Positions 1-12,379 are shown, counted from the stretch's first letter. The stretch: DNA of 64,000 nucleotides from Octopus sinensis (GCF_006345805.1 NC_042999.1:57660001-57724000), one strand, 5' to 3'. Numbers and translations: made by a program. Notes: generated by a model not told the origin, from the letters alone.

Positions 1-339
1 AGTGAAGAGTTATAGTTCACATTATAAAGTGCTCATCATTGCATTAGGGCCTTTGGAATCCTATTCTATTTAATGTTTAATTCCTGATTTTATTTGTTGA
101 TTAAAATTTGAAGAGCAGCTGATGTAGCACATACAGCAAGTGTTGAAGAATAAAGAAATGAATGGATAGCAACTTTAATGAAAGGGAAAAAATTAATCAT
201 GTGTGTAAATCTAATACCTAATCGCCCAGCACAGTTCAACTTCTCTTATTCCTCGTAGGTACAGATGTAATCAGAGTGTGAACAACAAAGAACTAGGCAA
301 CCTCACCAAAAACAGGTTCCCTAACATTAGGATAGCAAC

Positions 340-540
340 TTTATATATATAGATGCAATGAAAGAGATCTTCAGTCAAACTCCTCGTGGGTTGGAGGCAG
401 CAGTTCAAACTCTTGTTGGTGAGCAATGGTGATAGCAGAGGTGGCATAGTTATACTGATAGCTGAGAGGTAGGAAGATAAAGTAATGGAGGTAGACAGGT
501 GTGCTTTCAAAGACACCTACTCTATTGCTGACACTTATCA
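340..540 (+). mobile_element. Degenerate RTE-clade LINE, AP-endonuclease fragment
   Basis: Hand translation KLLLVSNGDSRGGIVILIAER*EDKVMEVDR resembles the RTE endonuclease segment (GNSDGVGGVGILLAEKW.DKV.EV.R); contains stops. Confidence 0.5.
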
Positions 541-599
541 AAGATTCTTTTCCACTTAAAAATTGAAGATTCTGAAAACCCCCAAAACACGTTTTCAAA

Positions 600-1270
600 A
601 TTTTAATTTTCCCTATCTACACCCCTCTGGAAAAGAAAAAAAAAGTGGGGGCTAGGGTTAACCCTAAAATTTTTGCAATCTGATTCATCGTTTAGCTGCT
701 GTTTCTAGCATGTCGAGTTTTCTGTTTAGATACTTATGTCTGCTATTTTAGTAGGAGGGGAGATGTGTTGGATCTTTTTGGTTTGAACGGCAGTTTTTTA
801 AAATATTTTCCACATAACTAAACACTTTTAAACTTCATATACTGGTAGAATGTGTTTATAAAACATCTTTTTCTCTTGGCTTTATTGAGAAAATTCTAGT
901 TTGTAAGATATTTGTTGGTTTTTTTCTTCAATTTCTGCAATTTCAACCAATCAATGACGTCTATTGAGGTAAAAAAAACACATTCTGTGCCATATGAATA
1001 TGTCCCTCCCTTAAGAAACAGGGGTTCAAAATTTTGAAATGCGGATTTGTTTTGCAGATTTGGAATCTCTGCAGTCGAAAAGATGGGTTTCTGTAGAACC
1101 ACCTACCCCAAAGGGGTATGTCCTTTACCTCTGCCAGGCAGGGGGAGTAGGAATTAAAATTTTGAAATGCCGATTTTTTTTTGCACATTCATAATCTCCA
1201 CAGTCAAAAGAGATGGGTTTCTGTAGTGGGGGGAAAAAGTTGACGGTAGGGGTGTGCAGTCCAAGTCCTT
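600..1270. repeat. Unclassified interspersed repeat region with a two-copy ~120-bp duplication
   Basis: aaaattttgaaatgc...agatgggtttctgtag occurs at ~1028-1096 and ~1157-1225. The flanks look like DNA-transposon remnants; family not identified. Confidence 0.4.
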
Positions 1271-2644
1271 TACTTCCGCCTGCCTGTTTTCATGTCAACA
1301 GTACAAATTATAACCACAGTGTGTTCTACTTTCAAATTCACTTCATTTCCTAGATAGAATTACAAATAGGTGTTTATTGTTGACTCATACAATGTTCTCA
1401 TAGGATTCTGACTTAAAGAGTTCAAATCTAGTTACTTCATGAAAAGTTTTGAATTATTTTGGTCACCTGGACAGAATCAGAATAGCAAAGTGTTCCAAGT
1501 CATGACCATCCCGATATTTTTTAAGACAATAGGATGATTTGAGCGAGATTTGGCAACCATTTCTAGCAAGTCGAGCGACTTCGTAGAGGCTTCCCCGTTC
1601 GTTCGATGTTACTTTATTTATGTTTATACTATTTTGGTGTTTAGCCATTCAGTCCTTCTCTCCGACATGGTGCATTTAAGGCAACATCATCCACTGAGTT
1701 ATCTCCTTTTCAAGCTGGTAAATTTGGTTGCTATTTCTAACAAGCCAAACGATCGCGTAAGGAACTGCTGTCTCATGTTCTCTCGTTTATGACTGACAGT
1801 GATCTGTTGCAACTAGAGAGGTGGCTATGAGTATCAAGAGATAAGACCCTGTCTGGGTATCCGCATCCCATTCAAATGCTGTGGGTGCGGCTTTGAACCC
1901 GTTTTTGTCAAACGTCATTTTGAAGCTGAAAATTAGTATGGTGCTGGCTGAAATCAAGGCATTTTTTTCTTTATCGCGATGATTATATAACTTGCCTTAG
2001 AAGTTCAAGCATTGCCTAAAGGGTTGCCCTTGAAAATAATTACACGTAAGGAAGTTTTCCTGACTGTAGCGGTCGTTGTTAACAAAATAACAACCAATTC
2101 CATTTACTTTTTAATTACAAACCAACGAGGAAGCCTCTTCGTGATCACTGGTCGTGCTAAAAATAACATCCAAATCACACTATCGTCTATAAAAAAAGAA
2201 CGCAGATAATATATAGGGCAAGACTTCCTTTTGTAACCCCTCCCCCCCTTTATTTATTTTTTTTTTTTACCTTTGGGAACAAGTCTTTACATATATAGTA
2301 TTAGATACACAAGCACCGAATAAAAGACAAAATGCTTGTGTCTGAAATGCCTTGAGTAAATCTACTGACTTAGGGATCAGCAATAACATCTCAAATATGT
2401 CGGTATTGTTTAGTGAAATAGATTAGACTGAAGTGCTCAGCAAATGTCGTTTGAGGGTAGACCTTTGATAAACAATTTAATTCTGCAATCTTCTATTTAT
2501 TTTAGGTTAATAATTAATTCGGACGCGAGAGGATGCGAGGAAGGAAGAAACACAGAATGCAATAAACTCGTAATATATCTATCTCGTATTTGTAGTCAGA
2601 CAAGAAATGGTTAGTCGTTAGACGAATAAAGGAAGACCGGGCGA

Positions 2645-3560
2645 AGTTTCGCATGTCGTAGCACAGATTTCCGTCGATTTCCGTAAAAAACTTTTATTTT
2701 TTTACATAAGTAATGAGAGCGAAAGAGACTAAGAGGAAGCGATTTTACGATGAGAAGGTTTCTCTTTGAAATCGGCCTGTGTGTGTTTGATGGGGTGTGG
2801 GAGACAGACAGTATGTTGTGTAAGTGAAGTGCTTCTGTTAGTGTGTGCGAAGAGACAGAGAGAGTAATGTGTGAAAGAGAGAGATAACTGATTTTTTACT
2901 CGGTGTATGTGTATATGTATGTATGCATGTATGTGTGTGTGTGTATGTATCTATGTATGTGTGTGTGTGTGTAAGTATGTGTGTATGTATGTATGTATGG
3001 CCGATTCATCGTAATTTTTTACTCGGTGTATGTGTATATGTATGTCTGCATGTATGTGTGTGTGTGTATGTTATGTATCTATGTATGTGTGTATGTGTAT
3101 GTATGTATGTGTGTATGTATGTATGGTCGATTCAGTGTAATTTTTTACTCGGTGTATGTGTATATGTATGTCTGCATGTATGTGTGTGTGTGTATGTATC
3201 TATGTGTGTGTGTGTAAGTATGTGTGTGTGTATGTATGTATGTATGTGTGTGTGTGTATGTATCTATGTATGTGTGTGTGTGTGTATGTATGTATGTATG
3301 GCCGATTCATAGTAATTTTTTACTCGGTGTATGTGTATATGTATGTCTGTCTCTTCATACACACTAACAGAAGCACTTCACTTACACAACATACTGTCTG
3401 TCTCCCACACCCCATCAAACACACACAGGCCGACTTCAAAGTGAAACCTTCTCGTCGTAAAATCGCTTCCTCTTAGTCTCTTTCGCTCTCATTACTTATG
3501 TAAAAAAATAAAAGTTTTTTACGAAAATCGACGGAAATCTGTGCTACTACAACCGAAACT
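2645..3560. mobile_element. Foldback / long-TIR non-autonomous element with internal minisatellite
   Basis: About 2645-2859 is the reverse complement of 3346-3560 (~200-bp core with only ~7 mismatches by eye). Between the arms lie 3.3 copies of a 123-175-bp unit beginning attttttactcggtgtatgtg (2891, 3014, 3140, 3315). Confidence 0.85.
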
Positions 3561-3994
3561 ATGCCGAAGACCGGAATTATAATTGAAACACCATAGCAAG
3601 AAAAAAAAAAACTTGGCCTTTACACAATTACTAAGTCCTTAAATGTTGAAATATTGATACGACTTGCATAACTAACCAGCTCCTAGAATATATTTAATAA
3701 GAAAGAATAAAGGCTGAAAGGAGGACATTAATTAATAACATGATCATGGACGAAGGAAAAAGTGTTAAAAGGCTAACTAACACAAAAATTAGGGAAATTG
3801 AGGTTAATAATTAGAAAAACAGATGCTATAGTAGAAAGCGAAGAATATTCAACTTACAAAAGTATTCAGCAACAATATCTGTGGAACCTTTTAATTTAAT
3901 TGCATCAACAACTTGAGTACCCGCCATTTTTTTCAAATTTCCAAACTTACTGGCGCTCTCTGTTGTTGGAGAGTTACTTCCCTTCTTACCGAAC

Positions 3995-4418
3995 TATTTC
4001 TTATCTCTTTATTGCCCACAAAGGGCTAAACATAGAGAGGACAAACAAGGACAGACAAACGGATTAAGTCCATTACATCGACCTCGGTGCGTAACTGGTA
4101 CTTATTTAATCGACCTCGAAAGGATGAAAGGCAAAGTCGACCTCGTCGGAATTTGAACTTCGAACGTAAAGACAAACGAAATACCTATTTCTATGTCTTT
4201 ACTACCCACAAGGGGCTAAACACAGAGAGGACAAACAAACGGATTAAGACGATTATATCGACCTCAGTGCGTAACTGGTACTTATTTAATCGACCCCGAA
4301 AGGATGAAAGGCAAAGTCGACCTCGGCGGAATTTGAACTCAGAACGTAACGGCAGACGAAATACGGCTACGCATTTCGCGCTGCGTGCTAACGATTCTGC
4401 CAGCTCCCCGCCTTATAC
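3995..4418 (-). mobile_element. tRNA-derived SINE (family B), head plus two tandem body units
   Basis: Minus strand reads taaggcggggagctggcagaatcgttagcacg (box A-like)...gagttcaaattccgcc (box B-like). The ~190-bp body is duplicated at the junction gaaata|ggtatttcg. CpGs are intact. Confidence 0.85.
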
Positions 4419-4779
4419 CGAACTATTTCTTCAGTCAACGTGGGGGACCTGCTTGTTGTCATTTCGTTCTCTTAAAATATGAATCGCTAAATCTTTATCA
4501 CACCAATTTTTCTTTATTCAGAATGGAACGGACACATTGGATAATATAGTCTACATATTCTGTCTGAACGAAAAGAAAAAATGTCAGATTAAGTTCTATT
4601 GCATAAGTTAACAATCTTGAGCTAAATAGTGTTCACGCAGATAAGAAAGGGAAAACCTTTGTCTAGTCTGACCTAATTTATTTAGAAAAAAAATAAATAC
4701 AGAACGCAAAATCGGTTCTACCTCTTTGGTCATTTGGCGCCCAACCGAAGAGTATCTATTTCTCTCCCTTCCATCGTTT

Positions 4780-4975
4780 CAGTCAAGCGATGGAAGGTGG
4801 GGGACAAACAGACTCACACACACACATAAATATATATATATATATATGACGGGCTTCTTTTAGTTTGGTCGGCCCGTGACTATAGTAGAAGGCCCGAGGT
4901 GTCACGCAGTGGGACTGAACCTGGACCATGTGGCTGGTAAACAAGCTACTTACCACACAGCCACGCCTGCGCCTA
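4780..4975 (-). mobile_element. tRNA-derived SINE (family A), deleted copy
   Basis: Matches the 5' half of the copies at 12610-13001 and 35738-36115 (ggctgtgtggtaagtagcttg...ggttcagtcccactgcgtg). Confidence 0.75.
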
Positions 4976-5294
4976 TATGTATGTTATTTTATGAAGTCAG
5001 TTAAAAATGACGATTCTTCTCTATTTAATTTTAATAACTTTTTTTACAAACGTGTTCACGTAGGGTCTGTTATATGTTACTCTCAGATGAATTGAGTATC
5101 CATCACATATAAAGATTTTTGCCGGTCAAAGTGAATTCACTACACTAAGAGGATTTCACAGGGATCCCAATTATGAACATATAAAATTCACAAAATTAAA
5201 AAAAAATTGTATACACAGACATTATCAAAATTTCGTGTCTGTGGTTTGTTGCATACATAGATAAAAACAGTTAAAACTTATTATATAATAAAAA

Positions 5295-5970
5295 TGAAAT
5301 TATTGTATACAGTGCTCAGGTGCACCACAACTTGTCAAAAGTGCGTATAAAGCATATGTAGTAATGTACAAATGTCTGGAAAGTGGAGAGTGTATGGAGT
5401 GGAGAAAATCAGGTGTAGTGTTGGCGAATCTCAGGAAGCATAGAAGTTTTGAAGGATGCAGTGCTCCAACAACTAACAACTGATGCCGGCAGTTTGTTCC
5501 ATGCTTCAGCAACTCTTAGAGTGAAAAAATGTTTCCGAAAGTCATGGGAGCTGTGCTGTTTTCTGACTTTGTAAACATGTTCACGGGTGGAGTTTGAAAA
5601 GGTGCTCAGAGTTATTGTTAGTAAGATAGTTAACTTTATGGGTGTCTGCCAAGACGTCGGAGCTTCAATGTATCCATGACAAGGGAAGTAAGGCGTTCAG
5701 AATATGGCAAATGCCTGATGGAGGTTATTCTCTTGGTTGCACGTCGCTGAACGGCTTCCAGACGATTAATATCCTGGGCAAGACAGGGGCTCCAGATCGG
5801 TGATGCAAATTCCAGGTGAGGCCACACCATAGCTATATAAAGCCTCAGATAGATAGCCGGAGAGCGGCTCACAAAAGACTTGGTGAGTGATGCCAAGGCA
5901 CACTCAGCCTTCTTGGCAATTTTAGCGATGTGTTTTGTCCAACGCAAATCGCTGTCGACAATAATGCCCG
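5295..5970 (-). mobile_element. CR1-group LINE, 5'-truncated 3' end
   Basis: ORF 5636-5947 (LYIAMVWPHLEFASPIWSP..DINRLEAVQRRATKRI..LPYSERL..L.MDTLKLRRL) is the typical C-terminus of CR1/L2-group ORF2. Same 3' UTR as the copies at 11755 and 14112. Confidence 0.88.
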
Positions 5971-6297
5971 TTCACAAGAATGTTACCTTTATTTCAGTAT
6001 GATTTCGCTATCTTTTATTTAAATTTTTGTTTAATATATATTTATATTTAAATGAAAGTATTATTCCAAGCACAAAATATACCCCTAGTATTCCATATAA
6101 ATGAATGTTATTCTAACAGACTAGAAATATTGGATAGTTATCTCCCTTTAGTTGTATCGCGAGCTAGCTCGTGCTGCGACAAAATGAAACTAAATTCCAA
6201 AGACGATGTGGTTTTTGATATATTAAAAAAGAAGGATGATTATGGCGGCTCATAGTTCTGATCAATTATATGTAAATAACGAGTTACTGTCATTATA

Positions 6298-6830
6298 ATC
6301 AGGTCCAAACAATGTGTTTGCTGAATATGGCAGAAATAGCAGCCGAACATCATGTAATACAGTCATAAGCCAACTGCTGCCCGTGGGACTTTCTGAGTGG
6401 CATACGAACGAAAAATTATCTTTAATGTTTTTAGTTGTTTGGACCGCTTTAGTGAATCGAAAAGGTGTGATGTTTCATCAGGACAATGCACGACCCCACA
6501 CTGCAAATATCACATCACAGAAGATCGAAGAGCTTGGTTGGGAAAAAAATTCCTCATCCACTTTATTATCCCGATCTTACTCCTTCAGACTATCATTTGT
6601 TTCATAGTTTACAGAATCGTTTACAGAGGAGGTCGAAACTGACATTTCAGAGTTCCTCGCTTTGAAACCAAAAGAGTTTTACATTGATTGGATTAAAAAA
6701 TTGTAAATAGATGGAAGGAAGTCATAGATAATCAGAGAAAGTACATTAAGGATTAAATTTCAATCAAATATAACATTTGATCACTTGTTTTCTTTATTCA
6801 AAATTCGGCTTACAGAACTTATAGGATGAC
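6298..6830 (+). mobile_element. Mariner transposon fragment, frameshifted
   Basis: Motifs MFHQDNARPHTANITSQKIEELGW and, after a frameshift, HPLYYPDLTPSDYHLF. Right end is ...gaacttataggatgacctga|ta. Confidence 0.85.
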
Positions 6831-7169
6831 CTGATATATATATTTATATATATATGAGGTTCTCATTTTGTTAAATGAATAAATAATCCAACATTCTAAT
6901 ATCCGAAAGTTGATGAACAAACTAAATTTGTTTCTCCATTTTCCTATTTGTATTATAAATTTACGGTAAAAATACTTCTTTACCTTCACCAGTTTAATAC
7001 AATAAGTGAGTTAATTGCATTGCAATTAAAAACATTCATGTATTAAGAATCTGGGTACTTTACCAACAGTATATTGGATAAATACTATCCCATAGTGGGT
7101 TACTCCCATAACCCCTATCTTACTTTGTATTATATATATATATATATATATATACATTCACACACATAC

Positions 7170-7460
7170 AGGTGTGTGTGGGTGGGTCAGTGGTTAGAGC
7201 ATAATGAGGTTGTGAGTTCGATTCCCGGACTAGGCTGTGTGTCATGTTCTTGAGCAAGACACTTTGTTTTACGTCGTTTCAATTCAGTCAGGTGAAGAAA
7301 TGAGTTGCTACGTTACTGGTGCCAAGATGCATCGGCTTTTGTCTTTCCATTAGATAACAGCAGTGGTGTGGGTGGGCGACTGCTAGCCTTCCACAAACAA
7401 CCTTGCTTAGACTTGTGCCTCGGAGGGAAACTTTCTAGGTTCAATTCTATAGCTACTTGT
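7170..7460 (+). mobile_element. tRNA-derived SINE (family D)
   Basis: tRNA-like head ggtcagtggttagagc...gagttcgattcccgg followed by ttgagcaagacactt; related to 20060-20295. Confidence 0.6.
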
Positions 7461-8067
7461 AGCCGGGGGGGGGGGGGGTCTTTACCCTTTACACATACAC
7501 ACGGTTACATACGTATACATGCATACATACGTATAATAAGTGATCATGGCTTGATAAGAAAAAATAAAAGAGCATTCATATATATTGAAATACAGAGATA
7601 GATTATTATCCACTTTTCAGTATAATAAATATATTATTATTTGAATAGTCTATATCTATTTGTACATAACACCTTTTGAAAGTTTTTCAATATCATTAAT
7701 ATATTTAATGACCATGTAAAATTGGTAAACTATAGCTGATTTAAAAAAAAAAGGTATGTAATAACACTCATACGAAAGAATAAATAAAAATAGAAACAGG
7801 AAAGCTAGAAAGATTTGGGTAAGTGAGGAAAAAGAACAGGTGAAGAGCAGTTAAATGTTTCTCTTATTAAATACTTTCGTATCCTTCATGATCCTTGAAA
7901 ATAAAGGTTCCACCAACTTTGGTAGGCGTCCTAACACCACTTCTAAAATACCCTCCATCACACTAGCACCTTTTTACATTCGCATAAGCAATGTTATAAG
8001 GTTTCTGAAGAGCCCTTACAAGAGCCTAAAAGGTGATTCCATACAACCTGCTCGTGATAGAATGTAA

Positions 8068-10840
8068 CACTGGTCAACACGATTTTTGGTACCAAGAAGC
8101 AAAGCATGTTTTTCCTTTTTTAGCTAATTTGATGGTGCTGATTCCGAAAATGACCTCAGTTTTTCATGGTTAGCTACCGTTTTTGCTGTACTGAAATTGC
8201 TCATTTTTTGGCAAAAAGATCAATTACGATCTTGGCTGATCGCGAAATTTAGTTAAAAAAGGTAGTAGAAACCCACGAATTTTCAGGTAGGCCGAGCGAT
8301 TTATGTCAGCCATCTGAAATAAACTATTTTTATAAGAAAAAAAAGTGTCTTTGAGTCAAAACTTTTAAAATAGAAGTACCGAATTTTTTCTAATTTATTG
8401 CCAAAATTCAAATTAACTGATAAACTTTATCAGTAATACACTTTAGTAAACCTGATAATTAAGGTGACATAAAAAAAATGAAACCCTAATATCTTCTGTT
8501 TGATATTCATAAATTTATCGTATCCCTTTTATCCCTTCAACATGGAAGGAAACCAAGCACATTAAGAGGTTTTGTCTTCGCAGTTGGAAAAAAAACTCCA
8601 ACTAAAGACATCCCAATTGAATGCACCTATTCCATTGCACATGATAAACATCATGAAAATGGTTTCGCCATAACATCTGCCCTCAACGCGTGGTTACAAA
8701 GATACGAAGTAGAATCTGCGTAACGACTCATTCCGGCTTTTGTTATTGACCTTTTTACGACTCTTTCCGTAGGACATTAGGAAAGATCAGATTACATAAA
8801 TGTGAACACGCAAAGTGTCATGTAAATTCTCAACCAACTCATGTTCTTTTTTAATCATAGAGATAGATATCAAATGACATGACTTCAACGAGAGGATGCA
8901 AAAATCATCCTAACTTATTTTGCTGTACATGCGGCGAGATCACACTGAAAGCCAACAGGAAACCGATGTCTGACTTTTACAAGAAAGCCTATCGTGCTTA
9001 CTTTCACGTCGAGCTTGGTTTTCAGGACAAATCGTGAGTGAACTCATGTGACAGTGGACTTCAGGTACCCGAAAATCGCTGAGATTCGCAATTCCTATTA
9101 TCTGGCGTGAGCCAAAGAACCACTCCGACGAATGTTACTTCTGCTCAGTCAGTGTTGTGGGACTGAACCAAAAGAAACGCTGATCTATCGACTATCCGAA
9201 GTCTTCTTTCCGCTATTCGACCAGTGCCGCGTTCAAATGATTTGCATCATGAAAATTTGTTGATGTAAATGAGAGACAGAGCGAAAACGATCCTGACTTT
9301 TCCAAAACCGTGCCAGAGCCGTTTAACCAAAATGAGCTGAATGATTTGATTCGAGACTAAGCAAAGAATCAGCAGAACATTTGGCCTCTAGGCTCAACGA
9401 AAAACACCTCTTATCAAAAGGCACAAAGGTAACATTCTATCGAAATAGGGATGCTGAATTTGTATCGTTATTTAATGAGAACGCAGATCTTGTTCATTGC
9501 AATGACGTTGAGGGCGTTCTTCTTCGACTAGGCGTCCACCGATACGATCCTGATGAATGGAGATTGTTCCTTGATAGTTCAAAACGTAATTTGAAATGTG
9601 TTTTGCTCCATAATACCAACATGTGTGCGCCAATACCTACAGATCATTCAACAACAACAAGATGCCATCAAACAGGTTATGGAACAGATTGATTACACCT
9701 AACATAAATAGGTGTTATGTGTCGATTTGAAAATGGTAAATTTCCTGCTTGGTCAACAAAGTGGCTACACGAAATATCCATTTTTTGTGTGTGTGTGTGT
9801 GTGTGTATGTGGGACAGTAGAGCAAAAGAGGAGCACTGGAAAAGGAAAGATTGGTCACCCCGAGTTTTGAAGGTCAGTGAAAAGAATGTTATTAGTGCAG
9901 CGATAGTTCCGAAAGAAAAAATCATCTCTCCCTTGCATATCAAATTGGGATTAATGAAACAGTATGTAAAATCACTCGACAAAGAAAGTAAATGTTTTGA
10001 GTGCATATGTAAATCGTTTCCAGGACTTAGCACTGAAAAACTCAAAGCAGGGGTGTTTGATGTTCCTGATATCAGGAAACTCATTGAGGATGATGAATTT
10101 GTTAATTCGATGAATGACTTGGAATTACGCACTGGGACATCATTTGTTGACGTGGTGAAAAACTTCTTAGGCAATCGCCGGCCGAAAACTACAAGGACTT
10201 AGTGGAAAAGCTGTTGAAAAGTCTACTGGACATAGGCGCTAACATGAGTATTAAGGCTCATTTTTTACATAGCCATCTAGATAAATTTCCGGATAATTGC
10301 GGCGATGTGAGTGATGAGCAAGGAGAACGGTTCCATCAGGGTATCAAAACAATAGAAGAGAGCTACCAGGGACAGTGGGACAAACGAATGATGGCTGACT
10401 ACTGCTGGAGTATCAAAAGGGACTTAAATAATATTGAACATGACAGACAACCAAGAAAGAGAACATTTTTATCATAGTTCTTATGTTTATGAGGGTTTTA
10501 TTTCTGCTGTTAGTTTATTTAATGATTTGATGAAAATACTTATTGGTCTAGGTATATTCAATCGTGTTATTTTTAAAGATTTAGGGTCTGATTGTTATTG
10601 CAAAAACAGTATTTTCAATAAGCAGACCAATACTTGTTGGTTTAAATACGAATTGAGAGGTTTCTACGATTTTACTTTGAGAAATATTGCCATCGATCAG
10701 AGTCATTTCTATATAGCAAAAACGATAGCTAACCAAGAAAAAATAAGGTAATTTTCAAATTCAGCGCCCTCAAATTATCTAAAAAAAAGATGTTTGGTGT
10801 CTCGACACCATTTCAAAAAGTTCTTTTCTTTTTTCCAGTG
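8068..10840 (+). mobile_element. Chapaev3-like (CMC/CACTA superfamily) DNA transposon, 2773 bp, non-functional
   Basis: Termini CACTGG (8068) and CCAGTG (10840) are flanked by a 3-bp TAA direct repeat (8065-8067, 10841-10843). A further ~85-bp subterminal inverted similarity is present. Internal decayed transposase. Family assignment is from recalled motif knowledge, not a search. Confidence 0.8.
8885..10477 (+). pseudogene. Chapaev3-type transposase pseudogene
   Basis: N-terminal Cys/His cluster RGCKNHPNLFCCTCGE...WREPKNHSDECYFCSV; then EWRLFLDSSKRNLKCVLLH, GQQSGYTKYP, WDSR, LHIKLGLMKQYVK, HFLHSHLDKFP..GDVSDEQGERFHQ and MMADYCW. Split over ORFs 9381-9692, 9717-10202 and 10202-10477 by stops and frameshifts. 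Confidence 0.85.
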
Positions 10841-11754
10841 TAATCATTGTAGTTGTCTCCCTTAGATTAAAATTTGTTTTGTTATTTTTTGCATATATGG
10901 ATATCTGTGTGAGACCACATTTGATGAGGTGCTAAATGACAACTTGAGACTATATAACTAAATATACAAGCTAAATATATAGACTCCAAGTGGTCGCTCT
11001 ACTTGCTAGAAATAACAGTCAAATACCTGTCAATGTAATCGACTACACTGTTCCTCACAAAATATGAGACCTTGATTTTTTTAAACCTTAGATAACAATT
11101 GTTATACAATTTAATTGGTTATACGAGGTCAACTCACAGGTTAATCGTATTTTGTAAGTTCAGAATCCCAATGGAAACCAGTTCGTTTCACTTTTGCTGT
11201 TATTGCCAAAGGTAAAGGTATTAACAATATACCAAAAGGAATAGTATTAACTGAGATGTACTTGCATAGCAAGTGACCTGATCTGAGATCGTGTGCTGGA
11301 ACGAAAACAATTGCAGCGTGGAAGGTGTTTATAAGCCATTTAAGAAACACACAAAAACCGTTAGATTCACTTCAACATTTAAATTTTATTTGTCAAAATA
11401 TTTTCGTCGCTTTCAGACTGCGACCTGTTCACTGACAAAACTTCGTGCTGTATTGACGTTATGCGATGAATTAATTACCTGAAAGCGTGAACATCAAACT
11501 TAATACATTGCCTTATAGAAGTTACCGGGGAAGTCTGCGTGGTCACCTAACGTTCAAGAAATGGCAATAATATTCCCCCAAAATTACGCGCAATCATCAT
11601 TAAAAGGGAAGGATACATATGATTATTTGAAGACCCGGAGACCTGAAGCAGCTACTGTAAGGGAGATGATCCTTTCTAGCTAAATCCTAAATTATGGCGG
11701 AGTGAGAAGTTTGAATTTTAAATTTGAAAGCAACGAAAATTATGTTATGATAAT

Positions 11755-12240
11755 AATAATAATGAAATTATTGTATACAGTGCTCAGGTGCCCCACAACT
11801 TGTCAAAAGTGCTTATAAAGCATATGCAGTAATGTACAAATGTCTGGTAAGCGAACAGTGTATGAGTCAGATACATGCTTGCGTGTGTATGGAGGGGAGA
11901 AAATCAGGTGTAGTGTTGGCGAATCTCAGGAAGCATGGAAGTTTTGAAGGATGCAGTGCTCCAACAACTAACAACTGATGCCAGCAGTTTGTTCCATACT
12001 TCAGCAACTCTTAGCGTGAAAAAATGTTTTCGAAAGTCATGGGAGCTGTGCTGCTTTCTGACTTTGTAAACATGTCCACAGGTGTTAGACAGGTGGAGTT
12101 TGAAAAGGTGCTCAGAGTTATTGTTAGTAAGTTGGTTAATAATTTTATGGGTGTCTTCCAAGTCAGCCGCCAGACGTCGGAGCTTCAATGTATCCATGCC
12201 CAGGAAAGTAAGGCATTCAGAATATGGCAAAATGAAAAGA
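11755..12240 (-). mobile_element. CR1-group LINE 3' end with (AAT)n tail
   Basis: Near-identical to 5295-5700. ORF 11904-12323 contains DTLKLRRLAADL and HFFTLRVAEVWNKL. Confidence 0.88.
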
Positions 12241-12379
12241 TCTGAATTAAAAGCAAACTGTTTAAACAGCTTAGCATTCTTTTGGATAAGGTTAATCGTT
12301 TTCTGGATTAGAAGATTGTACAAGAATGTTTATGTAAGTTAATGGAGATAGTTATTCACCGGGAAACTCATTAGTTAAA

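Noticed and set aside
1480-1790. ORFs 1463-1648 and 1550-1792
   Set aside because: They overlap two copies of a dispersed repeat (ctagaaatagcagccaaat type) also seen near 11000, 11540, 44620, 56160 and 57000.
2923-3476. Long ORFs rich in C/V/Y/M
   Set aside because: They are translations of the (TG)/(TATG) minisatellite, which cannot generate stops in those frames.
4430-4750. Pieces resembling a tRNA-Lys primer-binding site (tggcgcccaac, caacgtgggg)
   Set aside because: The halves are 300 bp apart in the wrong order, and no LTRs or gag/pol were found.
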